The notes under the pieces were generated by a model that was not told the DNA's origin, ran no database searches, and saw nothing but the letters and a program-made list of their open reading frames with translations. Source: Candidatus Anderseniibacteriota bacterium (lineage in GTDB: Bacteria; Patescibacteriota; Andersenbacteria; UBA10190). From it: 61,010 bases of DNA. Below, one piece after another: positions 47,449 through 56,805 of the stretch (the stretch's first letter is position 1; every line of letters starts with the position of its first letter). The stretch covers positions 130,586-191,595 of the forward strand of contig JBBDZC010000003.1 in NCBI GenBank assembly GCA_040900375.1. Reading direction: 5' to 3'. The position numbers and the translations under genes are program-made.

Positions 47449-47769
47449 TTACTTCTTGAAGGGGATAGTTTCGTGGCATTTCTTACATACCCGTTCCCAG
47501 ACGCCTTCACCGCCCCGCTGCTTCCCCACCCGCGTGCTCTTCTTGCAGTTCGGGCAAACGAGACTGACCGCCGCAATGTTAAGCGGTGAAGCCACGGTCA
47601 CGCGTTGGCCTTTCTCACCTGCTCGTTTGGGACGAACATGTTTCTTAACAATATTCATACCCTCCACCAGTAGTCGGCCTTCACGTGGCAAGACAGCTAG
47701 CACCCGCCCAGTTTTTCCCCGGTCTTTGCCCCGCCGCACCCATACTGTATCGCCGCGACGAATTTTCAT
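47449..47769 (-). CDS. rplX: 50S ribosomal protein uL24
   Basis: MKIRRGDTV...GKDRGKTG KOW motif; CPNC...CKKC; alternative start 47793. Confidence 0.96.
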   Translation of the reverse strand: MKIRRGDTVWVRRGKDRGKTGRVLAVLPREGRLLVEGMNIVKKHVRPKRAGEKGQRVTVASPLNIAAVSLVCPNCKKSTRVGKQRGGEGVWERVCKKCHETIPFKK

Positions 47770-47795
47770 TTTGTGTGGTACATCGTGATTCATAG

Positions 47796-48167
47796 TTACC
47801 ATACCTCCGGCGCTAAAGAGACAATTTTTTGATATCCCCGAGCCCGTACCTCACGGGCAATCGGGCCAAAGACTCGGGTCCCGACCGGCTCCTGACTTTC
47901 TTTCTGTAAGATCACCGCGGCATTTTCATCAAACCGAATCGCTGATCCGTCCACCCGCTTATGTTCTTTACGCACCCGGACAATCACCGCCCGCACCACG
48001 TCGCTCTTTTTCACATTACCTCGAGGCTCGGCCACTTTGACGCTCGTTACAACCACATCGCCTAAATAAGCATAGCGGCGACCAGTATTACCGAGCACAC
48101 GGATAACCTGCAGGAGTTTCGCTCCGGTATTGTCAGCGACTGCTAACATTGAACGTTCGTGGACCAT
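47796..48167 (-). CDS. rplN: 50S ribosomal protein uL14
   Basis: [34 protein letters not shown]. Confidence 0.98.
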   Translation of the reverse strand: MVHERSMLAVADNTGAKLLQVIRVLGNTGRRYAYLGDVVVTSVKVAEPRGNVKKSDVVRAVIVRVRKEHKRVDGSAIRFDENAAVILQKESQEPVGTRVFGPIAREVRARGYQKIVSLAPEVW

Positions 48168-48195
48168 AGCTAAGTATTTCTACGTGACACAAGCC

Positions 48196-48459
48196 CTAAG
48201 CGTCCTGCAGAATCCAGCGCTTGCGCGCCGAGAGCGGCCGGCATGAGCGGATCGTGACGTTTTCTCCAACCTGAGCCTTATTGCGAGGATCATGAACTAA
48301 GTAAATTTTTGTGGCGCGCGATCGCTTGTGGTATACCGGATGGACTTTCACAGTATGGACGGCAACCGCAATCGTTTTATCACCCGAACGGCGCAGGACC
48401 ACCCCGCGCATTGTTCGCGCGCGCGGGGAAGTATTATTAGAGGTCACGGTTTTATTCAT
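48196..48459 (-). CDS. rpsQ: 30S ribosomal protein uS17
   Basis: DKTIAV, HPVYHK, HD, CRPLSARKRW. Confidence 0.96.
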   Translation of the reverse strand: MNKTVTSNNTSPRARTMRGVVLRRSGDKTIAVAVHTVKVHPVYHKRSRATKIYLVHDPRNKAQVGENVTIRSCRPLSARKRWILQDA

Positions 48460-48486
48460 AATCTGTGAGTATGCGAAGAAGAGCGC

Positions 48487-48681
48487 TTAAGCGTCAAGTC
48501 GCTTCTCGCGTAAAATGGTTTTAGCCCGGGCAATATCCTGACGTAATTGCCGCAAACGAGCATGATTTTTTTCCTTGCCCGTCCGTGTTGATTCTTGCAA
48601 AGAGAAATAGTCATGCTGCATTTTCTCAATATTCCCCGTCAGCTCGCCCACCGGTAAATTTCTTAAATCATGCGTTTTCAT
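48487..48681 (-). CDS. rpmC: 50S ribosomal protein uL29
   Basis: LRQLRQDIARAKTILRE; gene order. Confidence 0.93.
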   Translation of the reverse strand: MKTHDLRNLPVGELTGNIEKMQHDYFSLQESTRTGKEKNHARLRQLRQDIARAKTILREKRLDA

Positions 48682-48686
48682 AACTC

Positions 48687-49097
48687 TTAGCCTACTTTCT
48701 TTACAAACCGTGTCTTAATCGGTAACTTATGACTGGCTAAACGCAGTGCCTCCCGCGCCGTCGCTTCATCAATGCCATCCATCTCAAACAACACCCGGCC
48801 CCGGCGCACGGGCATAACATAGTGATCGACTGCTCCCTTGCCTGATCCCATGGGAACCTCTTGGCCCTTTTTGGTAATAGGCTTATCCGGAAAAACCCGG
48901 ATCCAAATCTTGCCCGACCGTTGGACAAAACGAGTCATAGCGCGCCGGGCGGCTTCAATTTGCCGGGCTGTTACCCAGCGATTCTCCAGTGCCTTTAAGC
49001 CATACTGACCAAAGTCAACCGTTTGTGCCCCTTTAGAGGCTCCCTTAACAGTCCCCTTTTGCTGCTTGCGATGTTTGACGCGGCGAGGTGTTAACAT
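48687..49097 (-). CDS. rplP: 50S ribosomal protein uL16
   Basis: [31 protein letters not shown]. Confidence 0.98.
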   Translation of the reverse strand: MLTPRRVKHRKQQKGTVKGASKGAQTVDFGQYGLKALENRWVTARQIEAARRAMTRFVQRSGKIWIRVFPDKPITKKGQEVPMGSGKGAVDHYVMPVRRGRVLFEMDGIDEATAREALRLASHKLPIKTRFVKKVG

Positions 49098-49106
49098 ATC
49101 TTTTAC

Positions 49107-49868
49107 TTATGATTGACGGGTCCGCGCTGGGCGAGGAGACTTGGCTACTTCAGCTAATGATTGGCGCTGCCGGCGAGCTTTCGGGCTAACCACTGCTTTG
49201 CGGCTTTCTCCGGGTTTTTCCTCTTGGCTCTTAATTAATTCTCCGCGATTAATCCAAACTTTGACGCCAATCGTTCCGTAGGTGGTAAAAGCGGTAGATT
49301 GGCAGTAGGAAATATCAGCCCGGAAAGTATGGAGCGGCACGTTGCCATCAGCCAACCATTCGGTGCGAGCAATTTCTGAACCATTCAAGCGCCCGGCAAC
49401 CGCCACCCGCGCCCCAAGTGCCCCGGCCTGCATCGCTCTAGAGACAGCGTGTTTCAGGGCGCGCCGAAAGGGCATGCGCCGCTCAAGTTGATCAACAATT
49501 TGCGTGGCGACTGCCGCAGCATCAGTGTCAGGATTACGAATTTCTTGTACATTAATGCGTAAGCGACCTGTCCCCCCCAACAGCCGACGTAAATCTTTCT
49601 GGATTTTTTCGATGCCTGTTCCCCCCCGGCCAATTACCACCGCTGGCCGGGAAGTGTGAATCGTCAGAATCGTCTCTTTCTGCTCACGGGCAATTTCGAC
49701 ACGAGAAATAGAAGCCGTGCGTAACTGTTGCTGGAGATACTGGCGAATTTTAAGATCGCGTGTTAACCAATCGCGGTATTCTCCGCGGCGGTCAGCAAAC
49801 CACTGTGGATCCCATGATCGTAAAATATTGCTAACCCGTAATATAACTGGGTGTGTTTTTCTGCCCAT
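49107..49868 (-). CDS. rpsC: 30S ribosomal protein uS3
   Basis: MGRKTHP, IGRGG KH motif, GRLNGSEIAR, GTIGVKVWI. Confidence 0.98.
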   Translation of the reverse strand: MGRKTHPVILRVSNILRSWDPQWFADRRGEYRDWLTRDLKIRQYLQQQLRTASISRVEIAREQKETILTIHTSRPAVVIGRGGTGIEKIQKDLRRLLGGTGRLRINVQEIRNPDTDAAAVATQIVDQLERRMPFRRALKHAVSRAMQAGALGARVAVAGRLNGSEIARTEWLADGNVPLHTFRADISYCQSTAFTTYGTIGVKVWINRGELIKSQEEKPGESRKAVVSPKARRQRQSLAEVAKSPRPARTRQS

Positions 49869-49872
49869 ATCG

Positions 49873-50448
49873 TTAGTCTCCTATGCTTTTACGACGGTGA
49901 GATTTTTTAGGATCTCCGCCCTGCTGCTGCATCTTCATCTTGGTGTAGGCCTCTTCCTGTTTACTGGCATGGGGGACTGATTTGGCAACTTTACCCTTTG
50001 GTTGGGGCGCTTCTTTCATCTCTGTCTCGTGAGTTCCCACTTTACCCGTAACAACATCAGCCGCTGTCAGCTCTTCAATGTAAGCCGCCCGGCGGGGCGT
50101 TGGCGTCGCTTTCGGCTCCACTTCTTCTATAACCACAGTGACATGGCTTGTCCGCTTTAAAATCGGGTGAGCCATCCCGCGACTGACCGGCTGAAAACGC
50201 TTCAAGGAAAATCCGCCGTCAATAATCACGTCAATTACCTTCAAATTACCGGCCTCAATCTCAAAATTATGCTTGGCGTTGGCAATGGCACTGTGTAAAA
50301 CCTTACGGATAATGGATGGCGCCTCTCCTGGCAAAAACCGTAATTGGGCCTCGGCTTCCGCCACCGGTAAACCTTTGAGCAGCTGACGGTACTGACGGAT
50401 TTTCCGGGGCGCCATTCGGGCATTCTTATGTTGTGCAGTAATAATCAT
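49873..50448 (-). CDS. rplV: 50S ribosomal protein uL22 with long C-terminal extension
   Basis: RMAPRKIR, SAIANAKHN, RGMAHPILKRTSHVTV then ~80 extra aa. Confidence 0.96.
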   Translation of the reverse strand: MIITAQHKNARMAPRKIRQYRQLLKGLPVAEAEAQLRFLPGEAPSIIRKVLHSAIANAKHNFEIEAGNLKVIDVIIDGGFSLKRFQPVSRGMAHPILKRTSHVTVVIEEVEPKATPTPRRAAYIEELTAADVVTGKVGTHETEMKEAPQPKGKVAKSVPHASKQEEAYTKMKMQQQGGDPKKSHRRKSIGD

Positions 50449-50463
50449 AAAGTACTATAGAAC

Positions 50464-50781
50464 TTACGGCACAGTTGGTTTAGTGACACTCGCTGCTGCT
50501 GCAGCCATTTCTGCTTCTTTCTGCATGCGGCCACCATGGCGAGTAAACTTCGTGGTCGGCGCAAATTCACCAAGCTTATGTCCCACCATATCTTCCGTCA
50601 CCAATACCTCAATGTGCTTTAAGCCGTTATGGACACCAAAGCGAAAACCAATCATCTCGGGATAAATCGTCGAAGCCCGCGACCAGGTCTTGATGATTGT
50701 GCGGTCGCCAGCTTTAAGCCGCTGCACTTTCTGGAGCAGCTTCGGATCAATAAATGGTCCTTTTTTTAGTGATCGAGGCAT
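50464..50781 (-). CDS. rpsS: 30S ribosomal protein uS19
   Basis: [29 protein letters not shown]. Confidence 0.98.
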   Translation of the reverse strand: MPRSLKKGPFIDPKLLQKVQRLKAGDRTIIKTWSRASTIYPEMIGFRFGVHNGLKHIEVLVTEDMVGHKLGEFAPTTKFTRHGGRMQKEAEMAAAAASVTKPTVP

Positions 50782-50804
50782 ATTAATGACAAACGTTTAT
50801 AAAA

Positions 50805-51650
50805 TTACTTAGTTCTCTTTTTCTTCTGCCGTCGCGCGATAATCATGGCGTCCGAATACTTGCCGCGGGTACGAGTCTTTACTCCCAAGGCTGGTTTACC
50901 CCACTTGGTTTTGGGCGCTTTAAGGCCAATCGGTTGATTGCCCTCTCCGCCACCATGAGGATGGTCAACTGGATTCATAACTTTACCCCGGACTTGTGGA
51001 CGACGTCCCAAACGGCGAACCCGGCCAGCCGAGCCAAGGCGCTCCAACCACTGGTCAGGATTACTCACCTGGCCCAGCGTGGCATAAGACTCTTTGGGAA
51101 TCAAGCGAATCTCGCCGGAAGGCATCTTTAATTGCGCATAATTCCCTTTAACATCCATGAGGATCGCTGTTGTGCCTGCTCCGCGCACGAGCCGGCCGCC
51201 CCGCTGCGGACGAAGCTCAACATTAAACACTGATAGTCCCGGCGTAATATGCTGCAATTGCATCCGGTTGCCCGGAATTTCCGGCGTCTGCGCATCTGTC
51301 ATAATCGTCGTGCCAGGAACGGCGCTGGACCAGGCCAGGCGATAGCGACGTTCGCCATCAGCATACAGAATCAGCGCCAGAAATGCCGAACGGTTAGGAT
51401 CATACTCGAGCCGCTCCACTGTACCCGGGATACCCTGTTTTTCTTGAGCAAAATCAATCACGCGCAGCGAGCGCTTGGCGCCTCCCCCACGATGCCGGAC
51501 AGTTATCTTACCTTCCGCTCCTCGGCCACTTATCCGCTGCTTCGCCCGCACCAAGACACGCAGCGGCTTTCCTTTGTAGAGCGCGCTGCGGTCAATGATC
51601 GAGGATCGTTTACGAGCGGCGCGCGTTGTTTTGTAAATCTTAATCGGCAT
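50805..51650 (-). CDS. rplB: 50S ribosomal protein uL2
   Basis: RHRGGG, EYDPNRSA, MNPVDHPHGGGEG; start at MPIKIY. Confidence 0.98.
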   Translation of the reverse strand: MPIKIYKTTRAARKRSSIIDRSALYKGKPLRVLVRAKQRISGRGAEGKITVRHRGGGAKRSLRVIDFAQEKQGIPGTVERLEYDPNRSAFLALILYADGERRYRLAWSSAVPGTTIMTDAQTPEIPGNRMQLQHITPGLSVFNVELRPQRGGRLVRGAGTTAILMDVKGNYAQLKMPSGEIRLIPKESYATLGQVSNPDQWLERLGSAGRVRRLGRRPQVRGKVMNPVDHPHGGGEGNQPIGLKAPKTKWGKPALGVKTRTRGKYSDAMIIARRQKKKRTK

Positions 51651-51669
51651 AAAGATTTCGGGAAAACAT

Positions 51670-52074
51670 TTAGATGCTAAAATCAATTGTCTTTCCGGGA
51701 GGCAAGGTTGCGTACACTTTTTTCCAGGCATTCGTTCGTCCCTGGGAAGCTCCGCGCCGGCGCCGCTTGGAGTGCATCTGCATCGTGCGCAAGTAAACAG
51801 GCACAACTCCATAGCGCTCGGCAATAGCCACCGCAACTTGTCCCTTAGTCGCCTGTGGCCGCACCCGGAAAGTCACGACACTATTGGCTTGCTGGGCAAC
51901 ACTCTTTTCCGTTACGAGCGGCACTAATCCTAAGCGGCCAGAACTAGTTGCCCGCTGAAGCGTATCAGCTTTCGCGCGGCCGGGGGTAGGCTTGGCTACC
52001 TTCTTTGATGTAGGACGACGGCTATCTTGGCTACCGCGTCGAGCTATTTTTTTGGTAAACGATAAGAGCGACAT
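51670..52074 (-). CDS. rplW: 50S ribosomal protein uL23 with N-terminal extension
   Basis: PLVTEKS, FRV...ATK, WKKVYATL. Confidence 0.93.
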   Translation of the reverse strand: MSLLSFTKKIARRGSQDSRRPTSKKVAKPTPGRAKADTLQRATSSGRLGLVPLVTEKSVAQQANSVVTFRVRPQATKGQVAVAIAERYGVVPVYLRTMQMHSKRRRRGASQGRTNAWKKVYATLPPGKTIDFSI

Positions 52075-52089
52075 AGATAAATATTTTGC

Positions 52090-52776
52090 TTAAATTTGAG
52101 GCGGGGGGGACACTGGTATTCCGCCACAGCGTTGCTCTAACTCGGGCAAAGCCCCTTCATCAATCCAGACTTGCTGCGCCCGGAGGATATCTTCAGTAAC
52201 CACTCGCCCTACCAGCATCACCCGCGCCGCCAGCGCATTACGCGCTACCCGCAGCAGGCCCGCATTTTTCGCAGCAATAATAATCAAAAGACCGCGGGTA
52301 CCGTCAGGTAGTTGCTCGACAAACTCCTTAGTCTTTGTCGGCAACGTTGCCGGAAATTGCACCACGTGCAGTCCACCCGAGATGGCGTGGTCATGCAAAG
52401 CGGCGGCCAAAGCCCGGTGGCGCATGGCTTGGGGCATGGGTAACACGCGGGTCTTGCGGCTCCGCGGACCAAAGGTGGTCCCCCCACCAACCCAAATCGG
52501 TGAACGAATTGAAGCATGTCGAGCTCGACCAGTGCCTTTCTGCCGCCAGGGTTTACGCCCGCCGCCGCGAACTTCCGAGCGATCTTTCGTATGCGCCCGG
52601 CGCACGCGCATACGCTGGCGACCCGTATGAATAGCTTGAGCTATTAAATATGGCGAGGCACTTTTGGTAACAAATGTGGGCATGGGGATCATCGTCGTGG
52701 CCTCACTACCAAAAACCCGACGCATGATTTGATGCTGTGCAGGAGAAGTCTTTTGAGCGGTCGCGGTAGCAGTCAT
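52090..52776 (-). CDS. rplD: 50S ribosomal protein uL4
   Basis: TKDRSEVRGGGRKPWRQKGTGRARHASIRSP. Confidence 0.97.
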   Translation of the reverse strand: MTATATAQKTSPAQHQIMRRVFGSEATTMIPMPTFVTKSASPYLIAQAIHTGRQRMRVRRAHTKDRSEVRGGGRKPWRQKGTGRARHASIRSPIWVGGGTTFGPRSRKTRVLPMPQAMRHRALAAALHDHAISGGLHVVQFPATLPTKTKEFVEQLPDGTRGLLIIIAAKNAGLLRVARNALAARVMLVGRVVTEDILRAQQVWIDEGALPELEQRCGGIPVSPPPQI

Positions 52777-52780
52777 ATGA

Positions 52781-53356
52781 TTATTTTTCCACGCTGCGAA
52801 TTTCCACTAAGCTGCCACGGCGGCCAGGCAAAGCCCCTTTGATGGCTAGAAGATGCTGCTCCTTATCAATATGGACTACCGTCAAATTCTTAACCGTTAC
52901 CCGATCACTGCCCATCCGCGCTGCCATACGCATACCTTTGCGCACATGCTGCGGAAATCGTCCGCCAATCGAACCAGGGCGGCGCAACACGTGCCGGTGG
53001 CCATGGCTAGCTGGTCCGCCTTTAAAATGATGGCGTTTAACCACGCCTTGAAAGCCTTTACCTTTCGACACCCCCACAACCTCTACGGTGTCGCCCACGA
53101 CAAACTGCTCGACTGTCAACTCTTTAATATCGTCTCCCCATGTTGCTTTAAATTCGCGCCGGGCCGCAAAGGGAGAATCTGCCTTAGCTGTATCTCGCGG
53201 CAGGGCTAACTGCACTGCAGTATAACCATCTTTTTGCTCATCACGACGCAGGGTGATGGTATTAGGCTTCGCCACAATTAGGGTAACCGGAATAACTTCT
53301 CCCTCGGGAGAAAACATTTGCGACATACCAACTTTTCGACCTAACAATGCTTTCAT
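52781..53356 (-). CDS. rplC: 50S ribosomal protein uL3
   Basis: GRKVGMSQ, SKGKGFQGVVKRH, PGSIG, KGALPG. Confidence 0.98.
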   Translation of the reverse strand: MKALLGRKVGMSQMFSPEGEVIPVTLIVAKPNTITLRRDEQKDGYTAVQLALPRDTAKADSPFAARREFKATWGDDIKELTVEQFVVGDTVEVVGVSKGKGFQGVVKRHHFKGGPASHGHRHVLRRPGSIGGRFPQHVRKGMRMAARMGSDRVTVKNLTVVHIDKEQHLLAIKGALPGRRGSLVEIRSVEK

Positions 53357-53536
53357 AAGCAGGGCTACTCAAATCAATAAATTCACTAAAACAAAAACCA
53401 CCCATCGAAAACCGGCGAGGTTTTGGCGATATACCTATAGAAGTGGCCACGTACTGTTCCTGCCTTTGCAGCCAGGCATCATCCGCGACTTTCAAAAGGT
53501 TATCCGCACTATAAAAGATAGTAGGAGAAAAGTCCA
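53357..53536 (-). promoter_or_regulatory. internal promoter plus structured, attenuator-like leader of rplC
   Basis: TGGACT-N17-TATAGT (53536-53508); leader hairpin CCACTT..ATCG..AAAACC/GGTTTT..CGAT..GGGTGG followed by TTTTTGTTTT. Confidence 0.6.
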
Positions 53537-53576
53537 GGACTATGATCACGCCTGGTGCTTATTCCTATTGTAAGTT

Positions 53577-53948
53577 TTAGCCCGTTTTCATCGACACATC
53601 TACTCCCGCCGGCAGATTGAGGCTTTGCAGCGTATCAATTGTCCGAGGGGTGGCGGCAACAATATCAATCAGACGTTTGTGCACCCGGATTTCGTACTGA
53701 TCACGGGCATTTTTGTGCACAAAGGTTGAGCGGTTAACCGTGTATTTTTTCTTGCTGGTCGGCAGTGGCGTCGGTCCTGATATCTTCGCACCATCACGTT
53801 CCACCGCATCCACAATCTGCCTCGCCGACTGATCAATCAGTTTATGGTCGTAGGCTTTAAGCTTAATCCGAATACGCGGGGCCGCTGGTTTATCCTGTTC
53901 AGCGGCAGTTGTCGTTGCTTCTTTCTGGGTTTTTTCTTGAGTAGCCAT
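53577..53948 (-). CDS. rpsJ: 30S ribosomal protein uS10
   Basis: RIRIKLKAYDH, GPTPLPT, HKRLIDI, LPAGVDV; start at MATQE. Confidence 0.98.
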   Translation of the reverse strand: MATQEKTQKEATTTAAEQDKPAAPRIRIKLKAYDHKLIDQSARQIVDAVERDGAKISGPTPLPTSKKKYTVNRSTFVHKNARDQYEIRVHKRLIDIVAATPRTIDTLQSLNLPAGVDVSMKTG

Positions 53949-53999
53949 GAGGAGGTATGTCAATCGCTAAGGGATAACATTCACTTCTATTCCTTCACT

Positions 54000-55193
54000 T
54001 TACTTCAGGATTTTAGTAACGACCCCCGCCCCTACCGTTTTGCCGCCTTCACGAATAGCAAAGCGCATGCCTTCTTCCATCGCCACGGCAGAGACAAGTT
54101 CAACTTTGAGGCTAATCGTATCACCAGGCATAATCATTTCCGTACCCTCCGGCAATTCCACCGAACCCGTAACATCAGTTGTCCGAACATAGAACTGCGG
54201 CTTATAGCCCTTGAAGAATGGCGTGTGGCGTCCCCCTTCTTCTTTATTCAAGATGTACACTTCGCACTCAAAATTAGTGTGGGGGGTAATACTGCCTGGC
54301 TTGGCTAGAACTTGGCCGCGTTCTACATCTTCCTTTTTCAAACCCCGCAAGAGCAGTCCCGCATTATCACCGGCCTGGCCCTCATCAAGCTGCTTATTGA
54401 ACATTTCGATTCCCGTCACCACGGTCTTCTGGGTGGCGCGCAATCCGACAATTTCTACTTCCTCATTAATATTGATTTTGCCGCGCTCAATCCGGCCCGT
54501 GACGACAGTGCCGCGGCCTTCAATAGTAAAGACATCTTCAATCGGCATGAGAAAAGGCTTATCAGTTTCCCGGACTGGTTCAGGAATCGCTTCGTCTAAC
54601 GCGGCAATAAGGTCAACAATGGGCTTAGCCACCTCATCGTCTACGCCTTTGGCTTCGAGCGCTTTGAGCGCCGAACCACGAATAATCTTGATGTTGGGAC
54701 CATCGAATTCGTACTTGCTTAAGAGTTCTCGGATTTCTTCTTCCACCAAGTCAACAAGCTCTGGATCATCAACCATATCAACTTTATTGAGGAAGACCAC
54801 GATTTGCGGCACGCCCACCTGACGCGCGAGTAGAATGTGCTCCCGTGTCTGGGGCATCGGGCCATCGGCAGCCGATACCACGAGAATCGCGCCGTCCATT
54901 TGCGCCGCTCCAGTAATCATGTTCTTAATGTAATCAGCGTGTCCAGGACAATCTACATGAGCGTAGTGGCGACTATCTGATTCATACTCTACGTGCGTCG
55001 TGGAAATCGTGATTCCGCGCTCCTTCTCTTCCGGAGAGTTATCAATTTCATCAACAGACAAAACCTTTTTTGCACCACCCCGAAGACTCATGACGTGCAA
55101 AATCGCTGCGGTCGTAGTTGTTTTGCCGTGATCAACGTGTCCAATCGTGCCAACGTTGACATGCGGCTTTGTTCGTTCAAACTTTTCAGCCAT
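54000..55193 (-). CDS. tuf: elongation factor Tu
   Basis: [31 protein letters not shown]. Confidence 0.99.
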   Translation of the reverse strand: MAEKFERTKPHVNVGTIGHVDHGKTTTTAAILHVMSLRGGAKKVLSVDEIDNSPEEKERGITISTTHVEYESDSRHYAHVDCPGHADYIKNMITGAAQMDGAILVVSAADGPMPQTREHILLARQVGVPQIVVFLNKVDMVDDPELVDLVEEEIRELLSKYEFDGPNIKIIRGSALKALEAKGVDDEVAKPIVDLIAALDEAIPEPVRETDKPFLMPIEDVFTIEGRGTVVTGRIERGKININEEVEIVGLRATQKTVVTGIEMFNKQLDEGQAGDNAGLLLRGLKKEDVERGQVLAKPGSITPHTNFECEVYILNKEEGGRHTPFFKGYKPQFYVRTTDVTGSVELPEGTEMIMPGDTISLKVELVSAVAMEEGMRFAIREGGKTVGAGVVTKILK

Positions 55194-55377
55194 ACGTTTT
55201 TTAACGGTTATTAATAAAAAAGCTCCTACGACGTTTCATCCAGTCGCGCTTGAGTAGTTAAGACTGTTGCCGCACATACGGCACAGCCGCCCTCCCAAGA
55301 CCACAACCGTCGAGGTTGTATCTTTTCTAACACAGTATTACCGCCGACGCAATACCACCAGCAAACTTACCAAGGAC

Positions 55378-55767
55378 TTACTCCTGGAGGTCCGGCGGTA
55401 AGTCTCCGCGGAGAGGTTCAAAGCGCACGCGGCGCGGTGGGGGCAGGGGAGAAGACTGCTCGGTCGCTTCGAGCACACTAACTTGACCTAAACCAATATC
55501 ATCAAAGGCTTCCTCTTGTTGCTGCTGCGCCCGGTAGAGGGCAATGTCTTGGTTGATCTTATCGAGTACGCTCGAGGCATCGGCCTGCCCCTCTTTCACC
55601 GGCGGAAAAACGAGCTGGACTTCCTCGGTATTCTTTTGCTGCCAAGACTCTACGTCTTTCTTAAAACCAATAATAACTTCCTCGCCGTCATCCGCCGGAA
55701 AACTAAAATAGCCGCCCAGTTCCTGGAGCGTAGCCACAATATGGTTGAGTACATCAGTCCCCCGCAT
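55378..55767 (-). CDS. hypothetical acidic protein
   Basis: 129-aa ORF, AGGAG upstream; LDKINQDIA and RVRFEP segments; no recognised family. Confidence 0.65.
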   Translation of the reverse strand: MRGTDVLNHIVATLQELGGYFSFPADDGEEVIIGFKKDVESWQQKNTEEVQLVFPPVKEGQADASSVLDKINQDIALYRAQQQQEEAFDDIGLGQVSVLEATEQSSPLPPPRRVRFEPLRGDLPPDLQE

Positions 55768-55928
55768 TAATTTCGACCCTACTCCTGTGTTTAAGATTAT
55801 TCAAGGACAGTTAACCACATGATGTGGCGGCTCGCACCTCTTAAATTGACAAGAAAATAAAAGGGAAGAAAATGATAGTATCCCTTCACGGACAGATCAT
55901 TTCACTAAAGAAACTCTAGGAGACCAGC

Positions 55929-56465
55929 ATGGCTAATGACTACGGAGTGCCCCCTCACCAACCGTACCGGTTCCTGGTTCGCTGGATGCTAAAAAGAGAA
56001 AGGGCCAAGGTGCTTGAGATCGAAGCAGCTTCTTGGGAGATTCCTTGGTCAGAAGAAAACCTCATCCACTGTCTCGACAAGCGCAATTGCACCGGCGAGG
56101 TGATTGAATACGAAGATACAATAATTGGCTTCATGATCTACGAGCTACACCAGACCATGATCGAGCTCCTCACCCTTGCTGTATCCCCCCAGTGGCGGCG
56201 GCGGGGTGCTGGCACACGAATGGTGCAAAAGTTAGCCTCGAGACTGTCGGTGCAACGTCGTCCGCGCCTAGAGGTGCCAGTAGGTGAATACAACCTGGCA
56301 GCGCAGCTTTTCTTTCGTCGTCAGGGATTTCGTGCTATCGGCACACTACGCAACTACTGGGAAGACTCGAGCCAAGATATGTACCTGATGCGATATCTCT
56401 GCCCACAAACTCGGCGCACCAGCCCCGCTTTTCCCATCAATCGCCTCAACCACCTGTTCTCGTAA
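55929..56465 (+). CDS. RimI-like GNAT N-acetyltransferase
   Basis: IE..S...PWS, LAVSPQWRRRGAG acetyl-CoA motif A, NLAAQLFFRRQGF, RNYWED; AGGAG RBS. Confidence 0.85.
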   Translation: MANDYGVPPHQPYRFLVRWMLKRERAKVLEIEAASWEIPWSEENLIHCLDKRNCTGEVIEYEDTIIGFMIYELHQTMIELLTLAVSPQWRRRGAGTRMVQKLASRLSVQRRPRLEVPVGEYNLAAQLFFRRQGFRAIGTLRNYWEDSSQDMYLMRYLCPQTRRTSPAFPINRLNHLFS

Positions 56466-56479
56466 GTGCATGAACGTAC

Positions 56480-56514
56480 AGCCATGAGAGGGATTTCCCC
56501 GCTCATGGCTTTTT
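56480..56514 (+). terminator. intrinsic terminator
   Basis: AGCCATGAG...CTCATGGCT-TTTT. Confidence 0.75.
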
Positions 56515-56528
56515 CATACCTACTATTT

Positions 56529-56805
56529 ATCTGGAGCCCGTAAGATCTCGGGCGTAAGCCCGAGGATGAAGGGCTTTGTCACTGTTCCGGCGGAGCCGGC
56601 ACGCCACAGACAAAAGTCCCCCGATACCACGGGCTTATGCCCGTGGTGACTTTTATTACACCCCGAGAATTCCCCGCTGCTCGCAGCGGGGATGAGAGGG
56701 GCTCTTAAAAAGAATCGGCGGACCGTGCCTGCCGGCAGGCAGGGCCGACTCTGTGAGCAACGCAGCCACCCTGATACCCCACGGCCTTGCCGCGGGGAGG
56801 CTTCA
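56529..56805. mobile_element. composite palindromic element (IS200/IS605-end-like hairpin modules), copy 1
   Basis: Four GC hairpins (56547-56564, 56626-56647, 56671-56692, 56777-56797) plus CCTGCCGGCAGGCAGG; first ~79 bp repeated at 60932. Confidence 0.65.

Noticed and set aside
50805-51836. Long N-terminal extensions given by the ORF track for rplB (also lepA, rplE, rpsN, atpB, rfbC and the Wzz-like gene)
   Set aside because: They overlap upstream genes or promoters; downstream starts match family N-termini.
55228-55247. Hammerhead-like CTGGATGA-AAC in the tuf leader
   Set aside because: The core is not CUGANGA and there is no stem II between it and GAAA.
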